Assembly (NCBI GenBank): GCA_963705305.1
Contig: OY970067.1
Location: 3,488,001 to 3,552,000, forward strand
DNA length: 64,000 nt
Origin: an uncultured Methylomirabilota bacterium
Lineage (GTDB): Bacteria > Methylomirabilota > Methylomirabilia > Methylomirabilales > 2-02-FULL-66-22
Direction: 5' to 3'
The notes below the pieces were generated by a model, which was not told the DNA's origin, did not search any database, and worked only from the letters and a program-made list of their open reading frames with translations. Positions 40,788 through 49,434 of this stretch are shown here, piece after piece (position 1 is the first letter of the stretch; every line of letters begins with the position of its first letter). Both the position numbers and the translations under genes were made by a program.

Positions 40788-41750
40788 ATGAAGATCCTCA
40801 TTACGGGCGGCGCGGGGTTTCTGGGGTCGCACCTGACGGATGCGTTCCTGGCCCGGGGCGACGAGGTGACCATTCTGGATGTGGGGAGCGACCAGAAGGT
40901 GCGGCATCAGATCGGCAACCCCGGCTTCCGCTACGTGCGGGATTCGATCTTCAACACCGAGATCCTGGAAAGCCTGATCCTGAAGAGCGACCTCGTCTAC
41001 CACCTGGCGGCGGTGGTCGGGGTGGAACACTACGTGGGCGACCCGTACGAGGTGCTCAACGTGAACATCAACGGGACGCAGGCGGTGCTGAAGCTGGCCT
41101 ACAAGCACAATCGCAAGGTGGTCTTCAGCTCCACCTCCGAGGTCTACGGGCGGAATCCCCGCGTGCCGTTCGACGAGGACGACGAGCGGGTGCTGGGCTC
41201 CACGCGGATCGACCGCTGGTGCTACGCCACCTCCAAGGCGGCCGGCGAGCACTTCTGCTTCGCTTACCAGCGCCTGGGCCTCCCGGTAGTGATCCTGCGC
41301 TACTTCAACATCTACGGGCCCCGCCTGGACAAGATCGACGTGGGCCGCGTCATCACCATCTTCATGGGCCAGGTGCTGCGGGACGACCCGGTGACGGTGA
41401 TCGGCGACGGAAAGCAGACGCGCTGCTTCACCTACGTCGGGGATGCCGTGCGGGCCACGGTGGAGGCCGGCCTCACCGCGCGCGCGGTGGGCCAGATCTT
41501 CAATGTGGGCTCGGATGTGGAGACCAGCATCCTGGAGCTGGCGCAGCGTATGATCCGGCTCGCGGGCTCGCGCTCGGAGGTCCGCTTCGTGCCCCAGGCC
41601 GCGGTGTACGGGGACAGCTACGAGGATGTCCCGCGGCGGGTGCCCGCGCTCTCGCGGATGCACGGGATCCTGGGGGTGCGGGCCGACACCCCCCTGGAGC
41701 AGGGGCTTCGGCAGACGATCGACTGGTTCCGTGCGGGCAATGGCCGCTGA
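40788..41750 (+). CDS. NAD-dependent epimerase/decarboxylase (ArnA C-terminal / UDP-GlcA decarboxylase-like)
   Basis: GGAGFLG, STSEVYG, RWCYATSK, FNIYGPRLD, QTRCF; GGAGG RBS. Confidence 0.75.
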   Translation: MKILITGGAGFLGSHLTDAFLARGDEVTILDVGSDQKVRHQIGNPGFRYVRDSIFNTEILESLILKSDLVYHLAAVVGVEHYVGDPYEVLNVNINGTQAVLKLAYKHNRKVVFSSTSEVYGRNPRVPFDEDDERVLGSTRIDRWCYATSKAAGEHFCFAYQRLGLPVVILRYFNIYGPRLDKIDVGRVITIFMGQVLRDDPVTVIGDGKQTRCFTYVGDAVRATVEAGLTARAVGQIFNVGSDVETSILELAQRMIRLAGSRSEVRFVPQAAVYGDSYEDVPRRVPALSRMHGILGVRADTPLEQGLRQTIDWFRAGNGR

Positions 41751-42699
41751 GCGCCCGAGCCGGCCCTCTGCGGCCGGAGGGTCTGGCCCGGTCCTCGGGC
41801 TCAAGGTGGATGTCTGCACCTACGAAGGCCTGCGGGCGGGCGTCCCGAACCTCCTGCGGCTCTTCGCGGCGCAGGGGGTCCGGGCCAGCTTCTTCGTGGC
41901 CCTGGGGCCGGATACCACCGGCCGGGCCGTCCTCCGCCTCCTGCGGCCCGGATTTCTGGCCAAGCTGAGGCGGACGCGGGCCGTCCGAACCTACGGGCTG
42001 CGCACGATCCTTTCCGGGACGCTCCTCCCGCCGCGCCACCCCACGCCCCGCCTGGTGCCGGTCCTGCGGTCGATCCTGGAATCGGGCCACGAGCTGGCCG
42101 TCCACGGGTACAATCACCAGCACTGGCAAGACCGGCTGGGGCGCATGGAGGAGAAGGCCGTCCGCGAAGAGGTCGGCCGGGCCGCGGCGGTCTACCACGA
42201 GGTGGCCGGGGGAGCGCCGCGGGGATTCGGCGCGCCGGGCTGGCAAGTGACGCCCGCCAGCCTGCGCATCGTGGAGGAGGCGGGGTTCGTCTACGCCAGC
42301 GATGCCCGCGGCCGGCGGCCCTTCTTCCCGCAGGTGGGGGGGGTCAGGCTGCGGACGCTCCAGCTCCCCACGACCTTTCCCACCCTGGATGAAGTCCTGG
42401 GGCGAGAGGGGAGGACGGCGGAGGACTTCGAGAGGCTGGTAGTGGGGGAGGTAGCGCGGCTGCGGGGAGGCGTCCTGACCCTCCACGCCGAGATGGAGGG
42501 GATCAACTACCTTGCGACGGCCGACCGCCTGCTATCGGCGCTTCGTGCAGGGGGCGTCGGCTGTGTTCCCCTGGCGGCGCTGGCGGACGGAGTCGTCGCC
42601 GGAGGCGCGGAAAAGGTCCCCACAGCCGAAATTGTCCTCCGTCCCATCGCCGGGCGCGCCGGGACGGTGGCCATGCCCGCCGGCCTGGAGGTCCCGTAG
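41740..42699 (+). CDS. arnD: ArnD-like deformylase (polysaccharide deacetylase fold)
   Basis: GLKVDV.T..G...GVP.L, SFFVALGPD.TGR, HG.NH..WQD, APGWQ, PTLDE, TLHAEMEG. Confidence 0.82.
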   Translation: MAAERPSRPSAAGGSGPVLGLKVDVCTYEGLRAGVPNLLRLFAAQGVRASFFVALGPDTTGRAVLRLLRPGFLAKLRRTRAVRTYGLRTILSGTLLPPRHPTPRLVPVLRSILESGHELAVHGYNHQHWQDRLGRMEEKAVREEVGRAAAVYHEVAGGAPRGFGAPGWQVTPASLRIVEEAGFVYASDARGRRPFFPQVGGVRLRTLQLPTTFPTLDEVLGREGRTAEDFERLVVGEVARLRGGVLTLHAEMEGINYLATADRLLSALRAGGVGCVPLAALADGVVAGGAEKVPTAEIVLRPIAGRAGTVAMPAGLEVP

Positions 42700-42737
42700 C
42701 CTTCAGTTGCCGCAGATTCCAAAACTGGAAGGTTCTT

Positions 42738-42767
42738 CTTGGCGAGCTTGGCGATCTTTGCGTGAGA
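42738..42767. repeat. Nonamer array
   Basis: CTTGGCGAG CTTGGCGAT CTTTGCGTG AGA; reverse complement of the TCTCACGC(C/A)AAG units at 25836 and 48421. Confidence 0.7.
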
Positions 42768-42855
42768 TCAGCCCAAAAAAGCGCGTCCCGACGACCGGGC
42801 ACGCTCGGCAGCGGCCGGCCGTCGGGACGCATGTCTCGGGTGGGTGAATCGGAAA

Positions 42856-43956
<1,101 letters not shown>

Positions 43957-44158
43957 GGTGTCCCATGCCTCCTTCGCCCAGCGTGCTACCGCGGGGCAGG
44001 ATGGAAAGTGTCGACCACCGCAACGCGCAGGGTCAAAGCCTCTGCGGCCCGGCGGGTGGTCTCCGCAAGGCGTCCGGGACGCCACGTACGTAAGAGTGGC
44101 GCCATTCTATTGAAGGACAACTGTGAAAGGCAAGCGAAAACTCCGGTCGGCGCACCGC

Positions 44159-45678
44159 CCCTAATCTCCGGCTAAGAAGTTGAGGGGGATCGCGAATCAC
44201 GCAGCGGCCCGCAGTGCGCGCGGCCCGCGGGGTTGGCATCGGCCTTGCTTGGTTTCACCCAGTGGGTGCAAACACCACAAGGAGGAGAGCGATGCCCGAC
44301 ACCTCGCCCCGGTTGCCGTTCGAGATCGATGACGCGATCGACCCCACGCTGGTCACGGGCCGGGCCGGGGTCCCGCTCGTGATCGAGCTGTTCCGCCAGC
44401 TCGGGGTGGCCCAGGCCGTCGACACCCACGTTGCGGTCAAGCAGCGGCAGCGCGGATTACCCCCCTCGCAGCTCGTGGAGAGTCTCGTCGCGTTGTGGAC
44501 GAGCGGCGGGGACCGCTGCCAGGACCTCACGACGCTCCGGGAGGATCAGGCCCTGGCCACGCTGCTCGGCTACCCCCTGCCGGCCGCGACCACGGTCCGG
44601 GACTTCCTCGAGGCCTTCCACGTGGAGGACGGGCCGCTCTGGGTGGCCGGGCCCGCGGCCACGGTCCCCCTGGAGTCCGCCCCCTTGGCGGGCCTCGGAC
44701 AGGCGAACCGGACGCTGGTCGCGGGCGTCCAGCGCGGGGCCCGGGCGGCGACGGCCACCCTGGATGTGGACGCGACGCTCGTCGAGAGCCACAAGGACGC
44801 GGCGACCGTGGCCTACGACGGGACCCGGGGCTACCAGCCCGTCGTGGTCCTCTGGGCCGAGCACGATGTCATCGTGCACGACCAGTTCCGCGATGGCCAG
44901 GTGCCCGCCGGGTGCGGCAACGTGCGCGTCCTCGAACAGGCGGTGGCCAACTTGCCCCAGGGCGTGGACCGCATCTCCCTGCGGGCCGACAGCGCCCTCT
45001 ACGAGACGGAGGTCCTCCGCTGGTGCGAGGAGAAGAAAATCGCCTACGCGATTAGCGCCGATATGTCCGCGCAGCTCCAGGCCGAGATCCGGCGCCTCCC
45101 CGCGGCCGCCTGGCAGCTCGAGCGGGAGGAGCCCGAGGCGATCCGGGCCTGGGCCGAAGTCCCCTACGTCCCCGAGGATGGCGATCACCGGAAGGCGCGG
45201 CCGTGCGTTCGCCGCTACCTCGCGGTGCGTATCCAGCGACGCCAGGGGAGCCTCTTCGCCGACGGGAGTAGCGTGCAGTACTTCGCCGTGGTCACCAATC
45301 GGCCGGAGGATGGGCTCACGATCCTCCGGTGGCACCGGGAGAAAGCAGGGACCATCGAGCACACCCATCACGTCCTCAAGACCGAGCTGGCGGCCGCCGC
45401 GCTGCCCAGTGGGAAGTTCGGGGCGAACGCCGCCTGGTTCCGGCTGAACGTGCTCACCTACAACCTGCTCACCGCGCTCAAGCGGTTGACCTTACCCGGA
45501 GATCTCCGGACCGCCCGGCCGAAGCGTCTCCGGTTCCTGCTGTTCAACACCGTCGGGAAGGTCGTCGCGCATGCCCGACGGACGCTCTTGCGGCTCTCGG
45601 GCGCCCTGCAGCACGCCTTGCTCGTCCGGGCGCGGCGCAAGATCGCCCGGCTGGCCACCGCTTAGCCGGAGATTAGGG
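44159..45678 (+). mobile_element. IS1380-family insertion sequence, intact
   Basis: Perfect 18-bp TIR CCCTAATCTCCGGCTAAG (44159-44176 / 45661-45678); 6-bp direct repeat CACCGC (44153-44158 / 45679-45684). Confidence 0.9.
44292..45665 (+). CDS. IS1380-family DDE transposase
   Basis: T..AG, LDVDAT, GYQP, RADSA, IE...LK, FGANAAW......YNL; stop codon lies in the right TIR. Confidence 0.88.
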   Translation: MPDTSPRLPFEIDDAIDPTLVTGRAGVPLVIELFRQLGVAQAVDTHVAVKQRQRGLPPSQLVESLVALWTSGGDRCQDLTTLREDQALATLLGYPLPAATTVRDFLEAFHVEDGPLWVAGPAATVPLESAPLAGLGQANRTLVAGVQRGARAATATLDVDATLVESHKDAATVAYDGTRGYQPVVVLWAEHDVIVHDQFRDGQVPAGCGNVRVLEQAVANLPQGVDRISLRADSALYETEVLRWCEEKKIAYAISADMSAQLQAEIRRLPAAAWQLEREEPEAIRAWAEVPYVPEDGDHRKARPCVRRYLAVRIQRRQGSLFADGSSVQYFAVVTNRPEDGLTILRWHREKAGTIEHTHHVLKTELAAAALPSGKFGANAAWFRLNVLTYNLLTALKRLTLPGDLRTARPKRLRFLLFNTVGKVVAHARRTLLRLSGALQHALLVRARRKIARLATA

Positions 45679-45692
45679 CACCGCGGTTCTAC

Positions 45693-45721
45693 TTGACCGC
45701 TTGGCCTCGCTGGTCCAAAAT
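45693..45721 (+). promoter_or_regulatory. Putative gltX promoter immediately right of the IS
   Basis: TTGACC-17 bp-CAAAAT. Confidence 0.4.
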
Positions 45722-45783
45722 GGGCAATCGCCCGGGGGGGACAAGAGCTTCGCGGCATCCCCCGAAAAGTCCAGGAGTCCGAT

Positions 45784-47241
45784 ATGCCTGCGTCCTCGCA
45801 TGGCGGCATCCGGGTCCGCTTCGCGCCCAGCCCCACCGGCTTCCTGCACGTGGGGGGAGTGCGGACGGCGCTCTACAACTGGCTGTTCGCTCGGTCACAG
45901 CAAGGGGTCTTCGTCCTCCGGATCGAGGATACGGACGTGGAGCGGTCCACGGAGGAGGCGGTCCGTGCCATCCTGGACGGCCTACGGTGGCTGAGCCTCG
46001 ACTGGGACGAGGGGCCGGATGTGGGCGGCCCGGTCGGACCGTACCGGCAGTTGGAGCGGGACCACCTGTACCGGGAACATGTACGCCGGCTGGTCGGCGA
46101 GGGGAAAGCCTATCCCTGCACCTGCGCCGCGGAGGAGCTGGCGCGCCGGCGCGACGCGGCGCGGGCGGCCAAGCAGTCGCTGCGCCACCTCTGCCCCTGC
46201 CGCGAGCGGGGCCCGGAGGCCGGCCGGCGCCCGGCCATCCGCTTTCACGTGGCGGAGCAGGGAAAGGTGGGCTGGGACGACCTGATCCAGGGCCGGATCG
46301 AGGTGGCGGCGGAAGAGATCGACGATTTCATCATCCTGCGGTCGGACGAGCGCGAGACCCCCGTCTATAACTTCGCGGCGGTTGTGGACGATGCCCTGAT
46401 GGGCATCACCCACGTGGTACGGGGGGCCGACCACATCCCCAACACGCCGCGGCAGATCCTGCTCTACCGGGCGCTGGGGTACCCGCTGCCGGCCTTCGGC
46501 CACATCCCGCTGGTCCTGGGAACGGATCGGGAGAAGCTGAGCAAGCGCCACGGCGACGTGGCCCTGCACGAGTACCAGGCCAAGGGGTATCTTCCGGAGG
46601 CGGTGGTGAACTATCTGGTCCGGCTGGGCTGGGCCCACGGGGACCAGGAGGTATTCACCCGCGAGGAGCTGCTGCAGGCATTCCGGCTGGACCGGGTCAA
46701 CAGCTCGCCCGGGATCTTCGATCGGGTCAAGCTGGACTGGCTGAACGGCCTCTACATTCGCCAGACGCCGCCGGAGCGGCTGGCGGATCTGCTGGTCCCC
46801 TTCTGGGAACCGGCGGGGGTGCCGCCGCAGGCGGTGGAGTCCCGCGGCCGGGCCTGGCTCTTGTCGGCCCTGCCCCTGTTCGTCGAGCGCGCCAAGACGC
46901 TCTGCGAGCTGGCCGCCTCTATGCGGTTCCTGTTCGCGCCGCCGGCCGCGCGCGACCCCAAGGCGGAGGCCAAGTTCCTCACCCCCAGGCACATCGCGAA
47001 CCTGCGGGAGATCTGCGATCTGGTGCGGGAGATTCCAAGCATCACCGACGAGGCGCTGGAGGCCGGCGTCCGGGACCTGGCCGAGAAAGCCGGCGGCAAG
47101 CTGATCGATTACGCCCAGCCCGTCCGCGTGGCCATCACGGGCACCGCGGCTAGCCCGCCGATCTTTCCCGTGCTGGTGCTCCTGGGGCGGGAGGAAGTCC
47201 TGGAGCGGCTGTCCCGGACCTGCGGCCAAACTGACCGCTGA
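45784..47241 (+). CDS. gltX: Glutamate--tRNA ligase
   Basis: RFAPSPTG.LHVGG, RIEDTD, RGADH, KLSKRHG; anticodon-binding domain present. Confidence 0.95.
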   Translation: MPASSHGGIRVRFAPSPTGFLHVGGVRTALYNWLFARSQQGVFVLRIEDTDVERSTEEAVRAILDGLRWLSLDWDEGPDVGGPVGPYRQLERDHLYREHVRRLVGEGKAYPCTCAAEELARRRDAARAAKQSLRHLCPCRERGPEAGRRPAIRFHVAEQGKVGWDDLIQGRIEVAAEEIDDFIILRSDERETPVYNFAAVVDDALMGITHVVRGADHIPNTPRQILLYRALGYPLPAFGHIPLVLGTDREKLSKRHGDVALHEYQAKGYLPEAVVNYLVRLGWAHGDQEVFTREELLQAFRLDRVNSSPGIFDRVKLDWLNGLYIRQTPPERLADLLVPFWEPAGVPPQAVESRGRAWLLSALPLFVERAKTLCELAASMRFLFAPPAARDPKAEAKFLTPRHIANLREICDLVREIPSITDEALEAGVRDLAEKAGGKLIDYAQPVRVAITGTAASPPIFPVLVLLGREEVLERLSRTCGQTDR

Positions 47242-47250
47242 CTGCTGAAC
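47230..47250. repeat. Heptamer triplet overlapping gltX stop
   Basis: ACTGACC GCTGACT GCTGAAC; TGA 47239-47241 lies within it. Confidence 0.55.
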
Positions 47251-47274
47251 CCAAGTGGAGGTGAGGGAGTGGCA

Positions 47275-47769
47275 ATGAACAGCATCGTGGATCGGTTAAA
47301 GGAGACCCTGGCCGCGCTGGAGCGGGAGCTCCGGATCGAGATTCCGGAGCGCATCCGTCTGGCGCGGGAGCTGGGAGACCTGCGGGAGAACGGGGAGTAC
47401 GAGGTCGCCAAGGACCGCCAGGGGTTTCTCCACGCGCAGGTCAGCCACCTGCAACAGCGCATCGCCGAGCTGTCCAGCATTGACCTGTCCCAGGTGCCGC
47501 GGGATCGGGCCGCCCTCGGCTCGACCGTCCACCTGGTGGACGAGGAGAGCGGCGAAGAGCGGATCTTTCGCCTGGTGGCGTCGGAAGAGGTGGATACGAG
47601 CCGGGGCTGGATCTCCCCGGCGTCGCCGGTGGGCCGGGCACTGGTCGGCCGGCGCCTGGGGGATATCACCACCATCACGGCGCCCAACAGCGTGCGGCGC
47701 TACGAGGTGACCCGCGTGATCACGCTGCACGACGAGCTGGCAGAGGAGACCGGAGGATCGAATGACTAG
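47275..47769 (+). CDS. greA: Transcription elongation factor GreA
   Basis: ARELGDLRENGEY, GSTV, IS.ASPVGRAL.G. Confidence 0.92.
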   Translation: MNSIVDRLKETLAALERELRIEIPERIRLARELGDLRENGEYEVAKDRQGFLHAQVSHLQQRIAELSSIDLSQVPRDRAALGSTVHLVDEESGEERIFRLVASEEVDTSRGWISPASPVGRALVGRRLGDITTITAPNSVRRYEVTRVITLHDELAEETGGSND

Positions 47770-48328
47770 AGAGGAGACCTGGCAGGTGCTCACGGAGTAC
47801 ACCCAGAACGAAAGCCTGCTCAAGCACGCCCTGGCGGTGGAGGCCGCCATGCGCGCCTATGCGGCAAAGCTGGGGGGCGACCCGGACGAGTGGGGGATCG
47901 TGGGCCTCATCCACGACTTCGACTACGAGCGGTATCCCAGCGCCGAGGCGGGCCACCCGTTCAAGGGGGCGGAGGAGCTCCGCCGCCGCGGGTATCCGGA
48001 GCACGTGGTCCAGGCCGTCCTCTCCCATGCCGATTACTCGGGGGTCCCCCGGGAAACGCCCATGGAGAAGGCGTTGTTTGCCTGCGACGAGCTGTGCGGC
48101 TTCATCACGGCGGCGGCCCTGGTCCGGCCCACCAAGAGCGTGCTGGACCTGGAGGCGTCGTCCGTCCGCAAACGGATGAAGGACAAGGCCTTTGCGCGGC
48201 AGGTGAAGCGGGAAGACATCATCCACGGCGCGGAGATCCTGGGGGTGGACCTGAACGACCACATTACGTTCGTCATCCAGGCCATGCGGGGGGTGGCCGA
48301 CGAGCTGGGCTTGCGCGGCACGCTGTAA
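47762..48328 (+). CDS. HD-domain (HDIG-type) phosphohydrolase
   Basis: LLKHALAVE, GLIHDFD, HP, SH, ACDEL.G, K.KDKAFA. Confidence 0.85.
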   Translation: MTREETWQVLTEYTQNESLLKHALAVEAAMRAYAAKLGGDPDEWGIVGLIHDFDYERYPSAEAGHPFKGAEELRRRGYPEHVVQAVLSHADYSGVPRETPMEKALFACDELCGFITAAALVRPTKSVLDLEASSVRKRMKDKAFARQVKREDIIHGAEILGVDLNDHITFVIQAMRGVADELGLRGTL

Positions 48329-48339
48329 AGGCTTTTCAT

Positions 48340-48502
48340 TTCGAATTTCGAACTTCGAATTTCGAAATTGAAGAGGCTTGTCTTGGTGACCTTGGCGTGA
48401 GATCCGACTCGGAGTTCTCCTCACGCAAAGGCGCAAAGGTCGCAACGGAGAGCAGTCCCGGCTGGAGGCTGACCCCTGACGCCGGATTCCTGACCCCTGG
48501 AC
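48340..48502. repeat. Composite short-unit array
   Basis: 35-bp TTCGAAN block identical to 25794-25828; inverted CTTGGCGTGAGA / TCACGCAAAG units; six (G/C)CTGA-type heptamers 48461-48502. Confidence 0.85.
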
Positions 48503-48523
48503 AGCGCCTCGGGGGCGCTGTTT
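48501..48523 (+). terminator. Putative intrinsic terminator
   Basis: ACAGCGCC-TCGGG-GGCGCTGT followed by TT. Confidence 0.45.
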
Positions 48524-48527
48524 GCCC

Positions 48528-48556
48528 TTGACAAACAAGGGGGGATGACGGATACT
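48528..48556 (+). promoter_or_regulatory. Putative tRNA operon promoter
   Basis: TTGACA-17 bp-GATACT. Confidence 0.55.
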
Positions 48557-48652
48557 CCGCCTCGTCCAAAGGCGCGTCCTTTGGATTTTTCCATTTTGAT
48601 CTCTCCGGGCGAGCAAGCGCCCGTGCGGTGGCTGCCGACCCTTGTGGTTCAT

Positions 48653-48726
48653 TGCGGGGTCGTCCAATGGTAGGACGGCAGACTCTGGATCTGCTTATTG
48701 GGGTTCGAATCCCTGCCCCGCAGCCA
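48653..48726 (+). tRNA. tRNA-Gln(CTG)
   Basis: Acceptor TGCGGGG/CCCCGCA, anticodon arm GCAGA-CTCTGGA-TCTGC, GTTCGAATCC, encoded CCA. Confidence 0.95.
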
Positions 48727-48750
48727 ACAATCGAAAAATAGTTAGCGCTC

Positions 48751-48828
48751 GGCCCTATCGTCTAGCCCGGCCTAGGACGCGGCCCTCTCAAGGCTGAAAC
48801 TCGGGTTCGAATCCCGATAGGGCCACCA
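48751..48828 (+). tRNA. tRNA-Glu(CTC)
   Basis: Acceptor GGCCCTA/TAGGGCC, anticodon arm CGGCC-CTCTCAA-GGCTG, GTTCGAATCC, encoded CCA. Confidence 0.95.
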
Positions 48829-48833
48829 AAAAG

Positions 48834-48867
48834 AAGCGCCCGGAATCCTAAGGATTTCGGGCGCTTT
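48834..48867 (+). terminator. Terminator-like hairpin after tRNAs
   Basis: AAGCGCCCGGAATCC-TAA-GGATTTCGGGCGCTT-T. Confidence 0.65.
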
Positions 48868-49181
48868 GCCTCTCTGGCGCGCTGCCACCCCAACGGACAG
48901 GATCCTTGTAGAGTGTGCCCCAATCGTAGTGGGAAACGTTCCAGTCTTGGTCGTCTTCGTTTGCGAGCCGACTTGTCAGTTCCACCATTGATAGAAAGGC
49001 GACATAAGCGCCAACATCCCCCACTGCCAGGTGGAGCGCCTCCCTTGGGGATCCACCCCGCCGTTGTCTACCAGGCGGCCCGCCGTGGGGCGGCGTCCGC
49101 GCGCGAGTGGGGCCGCCTTCTGGGCTGGGCGCTCAAGACGACGTAGCTTGCAGCGTCCCCTGCTTCATGGCCCGGATCGCG

Positions 49182-49349
49182 GCCGGCATCCGGATCGTCG
49201 CCCAGTAGGAACCGGAGGCAGGGCGGGGGAAGCATCCGCTGGTACACGGCTTCAATCCCGTGCGGCAGGGTAGGGACGCCAGAGAGGCTGACGGCGAACT
49301 GCCCGTCGTGGGCGTAGGCGAGGCGAATCCGGGCGGATTTCCTGAAGTC
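49182..49349 (-). pseudogene. Fragment of SNF2-family helicase
   Basis: Manual translation KSARIRLAYAHDGQFAVSLSGVPTLPHGIEAVYQRMLPPPCLRFLLGDDPDAG resembles LPHQ.EAVY..ML....RFLLADDPGAGKT; no start codon, Walker A decayed. Confidence 0.7.
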
Positions 49350-49434
49350 TCAGGGCAACGGGAGCGCTGCGCGACCATTGCCGTCGTACGTTTCATCGCT
49401 CTCGCGGCCGCGGCTTTGCGACGACGGATCTATA

